This document shows, piece by piece, positions 36,573 through 47,026 of a stretch of 64,000 nt of DNA; position 1 is the stretch's first letter, and each line of letters begins with the position of its first letter. The DNA is from Candidatus Micrarchaeota archaeon (GTDB lineage Archaea > Micrarchaeota > Micrarchaeia > Norongarragalinales > Norongarragalinaceae). Where the stretch lies: the NCBI GenBank assembly GCA_016207165.1, contig JACQQD010000008.1, forward strand, positions 64,001 to 128,000, written 5' to 3'. A program made the translations under genes and the position numbers. The notes below the pieces were generated by a model. The model was not told the origin of the DNA, did no database searches, and saw only the letters and a list, made by a program, of their open reading frames with translations.

Positions 36573-39500
36573 ATGGTTTTCGACTCGTTTTTGGATTTCG
36601 CTGACGAGCACGGCTTGCCGTTTCGGTCGTGGGCGGAGGCGTTGGAGGAAAAAGGGATTCCTTCCTTTGTGCTGCTTCTCATTCCGATTCTGGTTTTGGG
36701 TGCCGCGGCGTTCGTGCTGTTAAGCCAGGCGCCGTCCACGGGAACCGTAAAGATTTACGCCCAAAGCCAGGACGGGCAAGTTTTGGAAGGCGTTTCCGTG
36801 TCGCTGGTGGGGCCTAACGGCTTCAAAAAAGAGGTTGCGACGAATGCGGGGGGCTTGGCGGCGTTTAGCGACGTGCCGGCGGGCACCATTCGCGTGCAGG
36901 CGTTCTCCAGTCAAGTGGTTTTGAAGGAACCGGCGTTTGACGTCGTCGTGAAGGCCGGTCAAGTGGCCACGGGCACCGTGTTTTCGGAGGTTTCCACGCG
37001 GCAAAGCGTGGTTTTGACCGTGGATGTGCGCAATGCTGCGGAGGCGACGATTCGCGTGTTTGATTCTAAGGACGGCTTGGTTGACATGGCGTCCGGCGTG
37101 ACGAGCAATCCGTTTGCCGTGGCTCCGGAGAACACGTACCGCGTGGTGGCGGAAAGCGACGGGTTTTTGCCGGCGGAACAGGACGTCACCGTGGCGCGGG
37201 ACGCCGTGTTCGTGGAACTGATTCTCCAGGAAAAAGACAAGCCCACGCAAAGCCAGGTCCACGTCAACGTGTTCCAGCAGGGCTTGGAGGAAGTGCCGGT
37301 TGAAAACGCGTCGGTTCGCATCGTTTCCGGGGATCAGGTGTTGGCGGTTCGCGAGTCCTCGCAAGACGGCTCGATTGTTCCTGTGGGAGTGCCGTTGGGC
37401 GCGAACGTGACGGTTTTGGTGTCCAAGGAGGGCTTTGCGGAGGGCGTGCGGAACTTCAACGCGTCGCGCCTCGAGGAAGTCGTGGTCGTGGAATTGCAGA
37501 AGGGGGTTGCGGCCACGGCGGGAGTGACGATTCGCGTGCGGGATTCGGCGGGTAACCCGGTGTTTTCGCCGATTGTGCGGCTTTTTGAGAAAGGGCTCTT
37601 GAAGGAGGACGTGTTCGCGTCGGACGGCGTCGCTCAATTCGACGTTTCTTCTCTTTCGGATTTGTCGGCGGAAGTCTACAAGTCCGGTTTCCTGCCCAAA
37701 CGCGTGGAGTCCTTGCAGCGCGACAATGCCGTGGTGTTGGAACGCGCGTCGGCGAACAATTCGGGGCGCGTGCGCGTGTTGGTGTTGGACCGCAACGGTT
37801 TGGAGGTCTCCGGCGCCGCGGTGCAATTGTTGTCCGAAGGCCAAAAGCCGCTTGGAATCCCGCCCCGGCTTTCCGGAACCGATGGCGAGCAAGTCTTTGA
37901 CGACGTGCCGCTGGGGTTGGCTGTGGCGCAAGCCGTTTTGGGTCCGCGCGTGGCGCAAAGCAGTCCGGTGTTGGTCGTGCCTTTGAACCAATCCAACGAG
38001 ACGCGGGCGACGGTCCAGTTTGAGCCGGTGGCAGTTGACGTGCCGGTCCGCGTGACGGACAAATTCAGTTCCTCGCCCATTCGCGGTGCGAAAGTCGTGG
38101 TGGCAGACGGGTCGTGCACTACGGCGGCCGATGGCGCGTGTTTGTTGAAGTCGTTGGAAAGCGATGACGCGGTTTTAAGTGCGACTGCCAACGGCTTTGA
38201 GTCCTTTGAGTCCGCCGCGTTTTCGGTGTACCCCGGCATGCAAGTCGTGCCTGTGGAATTGGTGTCGGCGTCGGTGGCCCGCGACGTCAAGTTGTCGTTT
38301 GACGGTGTTTTTGATTCGGCGGGAAGGAAAGTCAATTTCCTGGATCCGGTGACGTCGTACGAGGCGCGTTACACCATTTTCCAGCCCAACGTGTCGTTTT
38401 CCAAGGCCGAGGCGTTCATTTCAATTCAAGGCGGCGCCGTGTTGCTTGGCGGCCAGTCCCAAAAAGCGCGGGTGACGAAAGGCGGGCAGAACGATTTCCA
38501 GGAACAGTTCGCGTCCCAGGAAGTCGCCATTACCCCCGAAGGGTTGTTTCCAGCCACCGTGGACGTGCCGGCCGGCGGTCAAGTCGTTTTCTCCAACGAG
38601 GACAACGCCACGCACGTGTTGGCGTTTGACGACGGACAAAGCCTGTCGTTGAATCCCGGCGACAAGCGGTCCCTGGCCTTTAACGCGGTGGGTTCCTTCG
38701 GCTTCAAGTCGCTTCGCTCCGAAACCCTGTCGGGTTTCGTAACGGTCACGGAGCAAGCCGTTTTCGAGGTGGATGACGCGTCGTCTGTTTTGTTCGAGTA
38801 TCCTTCCTTTAACGGCTCCAAGCAACTCACCGTGCGCTTCAAAACAAGTCGCGAGGGCGACGTGGTCTTGTCGCACCGATCGGCGTTTTTCACTCCCGTT
38901 GAAGCTTTGCGCGACCCGTTGGAGGGCGTCAAGCAAAGCGGTTCGCTTTCGATTCGGTTCCAGGGCACGTGCGCGGAAAACCTTTGCGTACAGCACTACT
39001 TCGAGTTTGGTGGCAGAACGCACAGGGAATTGGAGTTGCCGTTGGGCGAGCCGGCGGAATTGGTTTTCAACGTGGTGGGCTTGGAAAAACCGGGTGAAAT
39101 TCGGTTGGACGCGTCGCCGGGATTGGTTCTGCTTTCCGGCCGCACCGAGACGTCGTCGCTTCAAATCCGTTCCAACGAGTCCTCAACCATTCGCATTCCA
39201 GCCGGCCGTTCTGAAGTCCGCATTCAATTTGAGGCGCGCCGCCTGGCGGAGGATGCCTCCATTGGCTTTGCCGTGGCCTCGGACAACGCGGTTCTGTTCG
39301 AGGGTGACGCGTTCCTTCATGTTTTCGCCAAGACGCAGCCCGCGTTGGTCGTGTCGGTTCGGCCCAGCAAGGTGTTGGCGTTGGAGCAAAGTGCCGTGAC
39401 GTTTTCCGTCAAGGACGGCTTTGGCGAGCCGGTTTCCGACGCGTTGGTTGTTCTAGGCGATGCGGAGGCCAACCCGTCCAGTCAAGTAGGCCAGTACGTC

Positions 39501-42500
39501 GTGGAATCCCTTCAACCGGAGTCCTTGCAGCCGGTTTCCTTTGAAGTGCGGAAAGAGGGGTTCAAGGTGTTCCGCGGCTCGCTTTCCGTGGAGGCCCCGG
39601 ATTTTGTTTTGGAGGTCTCGCCGAGTCTGGTGTCGTTGTCTGTGGATTCCCGCGAAAAACAATCGGCTCCGGTTCAAGTGACGAACTTGTTGGGCGACGC
39701 CCTTCGCCTCGCCGTTTCCGTGAACGTGGAGTCCGGCGGGGAGTTGACGGACGTTGACGTGTCCACGTCGTCTCTTCGCTTGAAGGGCCACGAATCGGGT
39801 TCCTTTGACGTGTTGGCTTCTTTGAAGGAAGAAGTCATGCAAGTCGCGCGCCGCTCCGGGGCGCTGACCGAGGACGTGCGAGGCATCGTGCGCATTCGTT
39901 CAACGGCCAAAGGCTTTTCCGACGCCCAGGAAGTCCGCTTCCAAGTCCAAGCCACGCAAAGCCAGCAAAGCCTGGATGACGTGTGGCTTTTGTCCCCGGA
40001 TTCCTTGTCGTATTCCTTGGAGCCGCCGCGCACCAAGGCGGAATCGCAGGAGGTCACGGTGTCCAACAACGGGCCGTACCCGTTGGTCTTCAACGTGGAA
40101 CAAACGCTGGGGGGGCTTTCCGTTCAACCCGCGTCCTTGGTGATTCCTTCCAACCAAGAAGACGTGTTCACCGTGCGCGCGTCCACTCCCAACGAACTCA
40201 ATTGCTTCAGCGACGACGTGCAACGCCAGGGAGCCATGACGGTTTATGCGTCCTTCCAAGGCATCACGTCCAAGAAAACCGCGCAAATCAACGTCGACGT
40301 TCTGACGTCAAGTCTCGTGTGCGCGCCTCCCAACGGCTACCGCGTCACGCTTCCCGTGGACGCCCGAATGATGTTCCAAAGCGTGGTGAAGACCAAAGTA
40401 AACCCCGACGGCTCGACGGCCGTTTTGTTGCCCGGCGGGCAATTGATGTGGTTTGAATCCGGGGCTTCCGTGACACCCGTGGAAGCGCAGGTGCCGCCCT
40501 CCACCGGCTTCATGTTGGACCGGTCCTTGGTGCAACCGCTTCCGGAAGGCGGTTGGACGGTCCGGTTCCCCGTCCAAGTCGTTTTAAGCATTCCGGATGA
40601 CGCGGACCGCCAGCCGTTCGGCGGAGGCCAAACCATCATCACGATTGAGAACGCCCAAATCATTTTGCCGCCGGGAGTCCAATCCGCCCTGCCGCAGTTG
40701 ACGCGCCAAGCCTCCAACGAAGTTGTCATTCCACCGCTTTCGCCCGTCACGTTCCGCCGCGTGCCGTTCAACTACGACGCGTACGCCAACTTGCTGCCTG
40801 CGGACTCCGTGGAAGTGCATTTGCCGGCGGACGCGGTGTTGGACTTGCCAGCCGGAACCGTGGAACGCAAGTTGCCCAAGCAGGCCTCCACCTACGATTA
40901 TCTTTCGTCGCGGCAATCCACGGAGAATTTGTACAACATCAAGGCCATCCAGTTGCCGGGCGGCGAGCGCTTGGCCTTCGGGGACCAAGCCGCGATTTTG
41001 ATTAACCCAAGTTCCCTTCAAAACAATCCTTCGCAGGTGCGCCTGCCGGCGGATGCGGCGTTGTTTGTTTCACGGCATCGCGTGGCGCAAGTGGAAAACC
41101 GCGACGTTTCCGAGGCGTTTACGTTGACCATGCCGGTACCGTATTCCTTGACTGTTCAAGGCGAGCCGGTGCCTTTTCAAACCGAAGGCGGGCTTTGGGG
41201 GTTGAAAGTCAACGAGAAAGCGACTGTCGAGGCGTCCTGGAAGCCGTCGGTGACCAAGACTTCCTCTCAAAACGTCGTGCGCGTGGTGCGCGAGAATAGT
41301 TTGACGTATCTTTCCGGCGCGTCGGCGCGCATTCCAGTGGACCCCGCTTCTTTGGCTAAGTGCTCGTTCTCGTACGAACACGAGCAATCGGTGTCGTTCT
41401 TGATTCCGCAAGGCGCGTCGCTGTCCAAGAAAGCCGGACGCTATGAAGTCGTTTTGCCTCGGTGCGACGAGACGTCCAAACTCACGTTCCACGTGTCGGA
41501 TTCCGCTCTGGGAACCGCTGACGTGCTGGAGACGCCTGCCATCCGCAAGATCACTTTTCCCGATTCCGCCGAAGTGCTTGGCGACTTGTCTGCTTCCGAA
41601 GAAAAGCAGGTGACCGTCAAGGGAACCATTGAGTTTGTGGCGTGCCTCAAGGACGAGCAAGGCAAAGACGTGACGGAGACGCTCAAAACCATGCGCGTGG
41701 GCTTCAACGAGAAATCCCTGGTTTCCGTTCCCGAACGCGCGATTCTGGGTTTGTCCAAAGACCAACGGGAAATGGATTTTGAAGTGTTGACTCCGGTGAC
41801 TCTCAAACCCGAAGGCGTCACGTCGACTTCCTTGGGAAGTACCAAGAAAATGACGATGGAGCGCCAGGGCCGTCCCGTCACGTTCGTGGGCCCTCCGGAC
41901 TACGACCGCACCGGCATCGTCATGGAGCCCGGCTCCGAATTGTTGTTCGTCCCTGTTTGCCAGAAGGGAACCGGTCGCTTGGACATCACGGCCACCGCCG
42001 AAGACGTCGTGGTCCGCGAAAAAGACAAGACCGAGAAAGCGCCACTGGAAGTGACGTTTTCCAACAAGAACTTCAAGAAATCCGAGTCCCGCGAGCTGGT
42101 GTTGATCAACTCCGGCACGCAGGCCGTGAACTTGGACGGCGTGTCCTCGGAGGCCGACGCTTCGCTTGACCAACGGTACCGGACGTATTTGACGTCGATT
42201 CTGCGCACCGACACGGACCACGCGTTCCTTCAAAGTCCAGGCGTGTTCGGCCAAAAACAGAAACTCCGTTTGGAGGGCCGCGCGCCGTCGGAAGAACCCC
42301 GCCAACACGTGTTCGTCGTGAAACTGGAATTGCCGGATGACATGGTCATCCAAAACCAGTGCATCAAGTCCGAGTTCGACGGCGTGGCCATGAACGGCGC
42401 CTACGTGTTTTCCTTGACGGATTTGAACGGCGACGCGATTTCCGAAAGCCAGAACCACCGCATGCCCGTTATCGTCCGCTTTGACGCCAAGGCCGAGGAC

Positions 42501-45500
42501 TGCCAACTCATCAAAGACCAGGAGCAATTCCAGGATTTGGCGACTTTTTCGGTGAACTACGACGCCGAAGAACTGGCGAAACTCGGTGACTTCAACCCCG
42601 AGGGATTGTTCTACAAGAATACGGGCCATTACCGGTACTTTGCCGTAATCAACAACGAGGAAAACCCCATTGAATTAAGCAAAATCTCCGGCGACGGCGC
42701 GGGACTGGTTTCATGCCAAATCCTTGACTCCAGCGGCCAGGTTTTGGCCGGGTTGCAGGTGGGCCACCGCATCAACCCCGGCGACGTGCGCATCGTGAAA
42801 TGCACGTCGGTTAAACCGGGGGCGGGGTCCATGATTTTGGACTTTTCCGGCGCCGCCTTTGCCAGGACCAAGACCGTGCACGTGGAAGTTTTCCAGCCTG
42901 ACTCGTCCGTCTCCAAATTGTATCAAGCGTCCCCCATCGGCCAAGTCTTTCCCTTCTTCTCGCCCAAGGACTCGTCGCTTGCCGAGAAAGCCAAGGTCTT
43001 GCAGCAAGCCGGTTCTGAAAAGTTGGAGTTCGCCGAGCAACAACCGCTGTTGGGCCAGGCGTCACCCACTCCAACTTCCATTCCCTCCCCTTCCCCAGCG
43101 CCCCAGACAGACGAAGAGAAAAAGAAACAAAAGGAAGAATTGGCTGCCGCCATCCAGAACGTCCGCGACTTTAGGTTCTGCAAGTCGTACTTCTGCACCT
43201 TCAGCCGGGGCCAGGAAGCCCTGTACTCGTTTGCCGACGCGTTCCAGAAAATCGTGAAACAAAAAACCGATGGCGAAGGTGGAGCGCCCACCATTCAGTC
43301 GCTTTCCAAGTTCTGTGACTCGCTTCAAGGCCTCTCCACGTACCGCAAATCCATGGTGCTCCAGTTGGCCAACGTTCAGTTGACCGGCGACGAGTCCTCC
43401 AGCGCCGTTTCGTCCCTTCGCAACGAAATCCAGGCGCAAGTCTTCGGCGGCGACGTGTCCACCGTGGAAATCAAGGCATCGGATGGAAGCGACGTTTTGT
43501 TCAAAGGCTGCGGAATCTACCAAGTCGAAGCCGTATTGAACCCCATGTGCGGCTCCGGGGCCGCCACTCCGGAGGCTTGGAAGAAATCCATGCGCGTGGA
43601 GTTCCGCGTCAACAAAATCGTTTCCTGTGAAGAGAATTTGGCCAACGCCGCACTGCTTACAGCTCAGGATGACGGCGGCATGTCGGCGTACACCGGCAAC
43701 CAACTCGGCCACGGCGTGGTCAACGCCATCCGCTCCGCCTTCTCGCGAAAAACCTTTTCCGCTTTGGCGGCCATTCCCCAAGCCGCGTTCAACGACAAGT
43801 CCGAAAGCCGGCTGAAAGACGTGTTGGAAAGCGTGGGCCGCGTGCGGCAAGGCGTACTCGGCCAATACGGCGTGGAGACGAATGAGAAAGACGAGGCTAC
43901 AGTCAAAGCGCTTTACCACGCGCTTTACAACGTGAACGTGCAAGAAAAGAAAGTCAAGTTGTGTCCCCGCCTTGGAAGCGGCTTGGCGTACACGGCGTGC
44001 CCCGCGAAACCCTACGAGGACGCAGGATTCTGCTGGCGCACCGGTTTTGGCGCTTACTCCACCATTCTAGGCACGTCGGTGGCCTTGTTTGCCGCGCAAA
44101 CCGCGTACGTGGCCAGCGGCGCAGGCGGCGCCGTGGCGCCTCTGGCTTGGTCGCGCGCCATTGCCAGCAATTACCGCCTCATTTCCGCGTACTCGGGTTG
44201 CTTGGCTGGCGCTGGGGCGGAAGTCTTCCAAGGACGCTCGGCCGCCTCATGCCGCGCGCTGGATGTCTGCACGGGGTCTGTGTTGTCTGGCATCGTGGAA
44301 ACCGGCATGCCGTTCTTCGGAAATTGGCGGCTTTTGAGGCCCCAAATCCAGGCCGCACAGGCCTCATCCCAGCTGTCGGCTGGGTCATCCGCCGTGGCGT
44401 CCTTCTTCCTGGAAGGATTGCTGGGCGCCGGAGTTTTGGCTGGACTGGAGGAAGCCGCTGGCTTGCAGGAGGCGCCGCCGGTGCCGGCCATGCCTGTGAC
44501 GTTCATCGTCCGCCAATTTGCTTCGCCAACAGCGTTGGAGCGGGAACTGGGTGCCACGCGCCGGTTCGTCTTCAACATGGCGCCGTATGCCCAAGTGCGT
44601 GGCTCGCCGGCGCACCGCCGCGCGCAAGTGGAACTTTTGAACCGGCAACTCGAAGCACAAGGCATCTACAACCGGCGCGCGTCGGCCGACGCCATCCGTG
44701 CGTTGTACGATGCAGGCGGTGGCGACGTACGTGGCGCGTTCCAGAACAGCCGATTGGTTCGCGCCCTGGCGGCCATGGATGACGGGCAAGTCAACCATTT
44801 GCGTGATTTGCTTGAGGCAGGGGGTCCGGGTCCAGTCCAGGAGCAGGAGATTCTCAATTACTTGGCAGAGTCATTCATCGACAGCAACCCGCAGAACGCG
44901 GTGTACACCCGAAACCAGATCATCCAAGGTCTGGGTTTGACTACGCCGGATGCCACCGGACGTCATGCGCGGCTCGCAGAGTTCATTCGAGATCTTCCGT
45001 TTTCCTCTCAGCACAATTTGTTCACGCGTCCAGGACTGAATTCGTACTTTACGAGAACTCAGTTGTCCAGTGAAGCCAGTCTACGCACTGCACTGGCGGG
45101 CAACGACGCCCGACTTTTCGGCCGTGACGCACCTTTTGCAAGGCAATTGTTGACTGAATTGACGTCGGAGGGTTCCGATGCGTTGCTTCCGTTGCCCCGT
45201 TCCGCTCGCGCGTCTCCTTGGTTTTTTGGCGTTCGCCCAATTGATCTCATGGATTTGGAGTCGCGCATTCCATTCCACGATCCGGCGGCACCAACCAACC
45301 GGTTCACTGCCGTGCAGTACAACACGTTTTTGAACGCATTGGGTGTGCCTCCGGGAGCGGCGCCAAGGGACGTGGCTACATCCATTTACACGGAGTTCCA
45401 GCGAGGCCGCATTCAATTGACCCAAATTGATCAAGCGCTGGCCGCTGCTGGCCAGGATCCGCTACCGAACGGCTTTGGCGGTCTTCGTTCACTACTTCAC

Positions 45501-46403
45501 CGCGACCTGCGGACGCTTCAAGGTCCCTCGTTCCAAGGCCTAGACGACGGCGTCGAACGCTTCCGGCGGCTCTTCCAGATGCACCAAGTCAACGACATTA
45601 CTGGCGCCCACACTTCAATCCGCCCCACTCAGTTCGCCGATCTGACGCCCGACGAACTCAAGGCGGCAAGGCAATTGTTGGAGGCCGAACGCCACATGCG
45701 CATCTTCCGCGGCGTGTCGTTCGTCACCGCTTTCCTAACCAGCTTTTTGTTCAACACGGATTTCCGGCCGGTGCAAGTGGAAGTGGATGCCGGTCGCGAC
45801 GGCCACGTCATTGCCTTGCACGCCGAAGACGGAAAATACACGGCGGAAAGCATTTGCGTGAAAGGCATCGCGGGTTCCACCAGCTTGGATTGCAAGCCCC
45901 CGGCATCCAACGTGCTGTCGCCGCAACAGCTTTGCGGTTCTTCCCCGTTGTGCATGCGTCTCTTGAAGTGGTCCAACGGCAAGGTGACGTCGTACGCGTT
46001 GGTGGTCGGCTTTAATGATGCCGCTCCAACTGATCCCGAGTACTTGAATTCCTTGTTCATTCCCAAAGAAAAGCCGGTGAACAAACCCTACATGACGTCG
46101 GCCAGAGTCCAGTTTGACCCCATTTCTGCCGCCGGCTTTTCCCAGTATCAGGCGGACGTGACTGACCCCAAGACGGCCACCCGCACCGCCCAAATCGAGG
46201 TGGCAAAAGCCATCATTTCCGACATGAACGACCAAAATTCCAGGGCCGCGTTCCCGGCGGACAAGCGTGACGCCGTCAAGAAACTCGCACAGGACGCCAT
46301 CAACGCCTTCAAGCTAGAGCACGACACCACGGGTTCAGCGCTTCTGGCCAAAGCCCAGCAAGCCGAGACCGCGCTTCGCGCCGGCACCACGGAGGGACGC
46401 TGA
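36573..46403 (+). CDS. Giant membrane-anchored surface protein (3276 aa): beta repeats, cupredoxin-like domain, Ig-like domains, Cys module, hydrophobic segments and a variable C-terminal insert
   Basis: Uninterrupted 9.8-kb ORF; E.KGIPS plus TM start shared with two paralogues. Confidence 0.88.
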   Translation: MVFDSFLDFADEHGLPFRSWAEALEEKGIPSFVLLLIPILVLGAAAFVLLSQAPSTGTVKIYAQSQDGQVLEGVSVSLVGPNGFKKEVATNAGGLAAFSDVPAGTIRVQAFSSQVVLKEPAFDVVVKAGQVATGTVFSEVSTRQSVVLTVDVRNAAEATIRVFDSKDGLVDMASGVTSNPFAVAPENTYRVVAESDGFLPAEQDVTVARDAVFVELILQEKDKPTQSQVHVNVFQQGLEEVPVENASVRIVSGDQVLAVRESSQDGSIVPVGVPLGANVTVLVSKEGFAEGVRNFNASRLEEVVVVELQKGVAATAGVTIRVRDSAGNPVFSPIVRLFEKGLLKEDVFASDGVAQFDVSSLSDLSAEVYKSGFLPKRVESLQRDNAVVLERASANNSGRVRVLVLDRNGLEVSGAAVQLLSEGQKPLGIPPRLSGTDGEQVFDDVPLGLAVAQAVLGPRVAQSSPVLVVPLNQSNETRATVQFEPVAVDVPVRVTDKFSSSPIRGAKVVVADGSCTTAADGACLLKSLESDDAVLSATANGFESFESAAFSVYPGMQVVPVELVSASVARDVKLSFDGVFDSAGRKVNFLDPVTSYEARYTIFQPNVSFSKAEAFISIQGGAVLLGGQSQKARVTKGGQNDFQEQFASQEVAITPEGLFPATVDVPAGGQVVFSNEDNATHVLAFDDGQSLSLNPGDKRSLAFNAVGSFGFKSLRSETLSGFVTVTEQAVFEVDDASSVLFEYPSFNGSKQLTVRFKTSREGDVVLSHRSAFFTPVEALRDPLEGVKQSGSLSIRFQGTCAENLCVQHYFEFGGRTHRELELPLGEPAELVFNVVGLEKPGEIRLDASPGLVLLSGRTETSSLQIRSNESSTIRIPAGRSEVRIQFEARRLAEDASIGFAVASDNAVLFEGDAFLHVFAKTQPALVVSVRPSKVLALEQSAVTFSVKDGFGEPVSDALVVLGDAEANPSSQVGQYVVESLQPESLQPVSFEVRKEGFKVFRGSLSVEAPDFVLEVSPSLVSLSVDSREKQSAPVQVTNLLGDALRLAVSVNVESGGELTDVDVSTSSLRLKGHESGSFDVLASLKEEVMQVARRSGALTEDVRGIVRIRSTAKGFSDAQEVRFQVQATQSQQSLDDVWLLSPDSLSYSLEPPRTKAESQEVTVSNNGPYPLVFNVEQTLGGLSVQPASLVIPSNQEDVFTVRASTPNELNCFSDDVQRQGAMTVYASFQGITSKKTAQINVDVLTSSLVCAPPNGYRVTLPVDARMMFQSVVKTKVNPDGSTAVLLPGGQLMWFESGASVTPVEAQVPPSTGFMLDRSLVQPLPEGGWTVRFPVQVVLSIPDDADRQPFGGGQTIITIENAQIILPPGVQSALPQLTRQASNEVVIPPLSPVTFRRVPFNYDAYANLLPADSVEVHLPADAVLDLPAGTVERKLPKQASTYDYLSSRQSTENLYNIKAIQLPGGERLAFGDQAAILINPSSLQNNPSQVRLPADAALFVSRHRVAQVENRDVSEAFTLTMPVPYSLTVQGEPVPFQTEGGLWGLKVNEKATVEASWKPSVTKTSSQNVVRVVRENSLTYLSGASARIPVDPASLAKCSFSYEHEQSVSFLIPQGASLSKKAGRYEVVLPRCDETSKLTFHVSDSALGTADVLETPAIRKITFPDSAEVLGDLSASEEKQVTVKGTIEFVACLKDEQGKDVTETLKTMRVGFNEKSLVSVPERAILGLSKDQREMDFEVLTPVTLKPEGVTSTSLGSTKKMTMERQGRPVTFVGPPDYDRTGIVMEPGSELLFVPVCQKGTGRLDITATAEDVVVREKDKTEKAPLEVTFSNKNFKKSESRELVLINSGTQAVNLDGVSSEADASLDQRYRTYLTSILRTDTDHAFLQSPGVFGQKQKLRLEGRAPSEEPRQHVFVVKLELPDDMVIQNQCIKSEFDGVAMNGAYVFSLTDLNGDAISESQNHRMPVIVRFDAKAEDCQLIKDQEQFQDLATFSVNYDAEELAKLGDFNPEGLFYKNTGHYRYFAVINNEENPIELSKISGDGAGLVSCQILDSSGQVLAGLQVGHRINPGDVRIVKCTSVKPGAGSMILDFSGAAFARTKTVHVEVFQPDSSVSKLYQASPIGQVFPFFSPKDSSLAEKAKVLQQAGSEKLEFAEQQPLLGQASPTPTSIPSPSPAPQTDEEKKKQKEELAAAIQNVRDFRFCKSYFCTFSRGQEALYSFADAFQKIVKQKTDGEGGAPTIQSLSKFCDSLQGLSTYRKSMVLQLANVQLTGDESSSAVSSLRNEIQAQVFGGDVSTVEIKASDGSDVLFKGCGIYQVEAVLNPMCGSGAATPEAWKKSMRVEFRVNKIVSCEENLANAALLTAQDDGGMSAYTGNQLGHGVVNAIRSAFSRKTFSALAAIPQAAFNDKSESRLKDVLESVGRVRQGVLGQYGVETNEKDEATVKALYHALYNVNVQEKKVKLCPRLGSGLAYTACPAKPYEDAGFCWRTGFGAYSTILGTSVALFAAQTAYVASGAGGAVAPLAWSRAIASNYRLISAYSGCLAGAGAEVFQGRSAASCRALDVCTGSVLSGIVETGMPFFGNWRLLRPQIQAAQASSQLSAGSSAVASFFLEGLLGAGVLAGLEEAAGLQEAPPVPAMPVTFIVRQFASPTALERELGATRRFVFNMAPYAQVRGSPAHRRAQVELLNRQLEAQGIYNRRASADAIRALYDAGGGDVRGAFQNSRLVRALAAMDDGQVNHLRDLLEAGGPGPVQEQEILNYLAESFIDSNPQNAVYTRNQIIQGLGLTTPDATGRHARLAEFIRDLPFSSQHNLFTRPGLNSYFTRTQLSSEASLRTALAGNDARLFGRDAPFARQLLTELTSEGSDALLPLPRSARASPWFFGVRPIDLMDLESRIPFHDPAAPTNRFTAVQYNTFLNALGVPPGAAPRDVATSIYTEFQRGRIQLTQIDQALAAAGQDPLPNGFGGLRSLLHRDLRTLQGPSFQGLDDGVERFRRLFQMHQVNDITGAHTSIRPTQFADLTPDELKAARQLLEAERHMRIFRGVSFVTAFLTSFLFNTDFRPVQVEVDAGRDGHVIALHAEDGKYTAESICVKGIAGSTSLDCKPPASNVLSPQQLCGSSPLCMRLLKWSNGKVTSYALVVGFNDAAPTDPEYLNSLFIPKEKPVNKPYMTSARVQFDPISAAGFSQYQADVTDPKTATRTAQIEVAKAIISDMNDQNSRAAFPADKRDAVKKLAQDAINAFKLEHDTTGSALLAKAQQAETALRAGTTEGR
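36593..36620 (+). repeat. 28-bp direct repeat, copy inside the giant gene start
   Basis: Identical to 35043-35070. Confidence 0.9.
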
Positions 46404-46406
46404 AGC

Positions 46407-46970
46407 ATGAACAAGTGGGTTTTGGTGTTGGTTTTGTTGGGCGGCGTTTTGGCGTTGTGGGTGCTTGGCTTCGGCCAGTCGTTGGGGTTCAACGCGTTGA
46501 CGGGGCCTTCAACCAAGCCGCTTTCCCCAGAATCCGTGGCGACGTACGAGCCCTTGACCATCCAATACATCGATTCGGAGCTTGGTTTTTCCGTGCGCCA
46601 CCCCATTGGATACATTGTGGACGCCATTCCCGGCGAACACGTCCACTTTTTCGCTTCAAGCCCATCCGGTTTTTCCGAAGACTACTTGTTCAAGACCACC
46701 AATGAAACGCTTTCGTTCAAAGACCTGCGCGAGATTGCCGTCGAGCTTGAAGCCAAACCCGTTCGCGAAGACCAAGTCAACGTGAACGGAAAAACCGCGT
46801 TGCGCCTGCAAGCCGTCTTGCCTGGAGACGAACTCTTGGAATCCGAGACCCTTGTTTTGGGCGTGATTCCCTGTCCAGGGTATCGACTGTACTTTACCGC
46901 CGTGATTCCCGACTCGCTTTCCGACGACGTGGCGTTGGCCGACTACGTGTTGCAGACCGCCCAATGCTGA
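46407..46970 (+). CDS. Membrane-anchored PsbP/Mog1-like protein
   Basis: N-terminal TM; Y.D.ELGFSVRHP.GY and V.VNG..A motifs; starts 3 nt after the giant gene. Confidence 0.65.
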   Translation: MNKWVLVLVLLGGVLALWVLGFGQSLGFNALTGPSTKPLSPESVATYEPLTIQYIDSELGFSVRHPIGYIVDAIPGEHVHFFASSPSGFSEDYLFKTTNETLSFKDLREIAVELEAKPVREDQVNVNGKTALRLQAVLPGDELLESETLVLGVIPCPGYRLYFTAVIPDSLSDDVALADYVLQTAQC

Positions 46971-47026
46971 CCTCTTTCTTCGTCCCTTGAAAAGGGTATT
47001 TAAGCGGGAAATGCCAGTGTGTTGAC

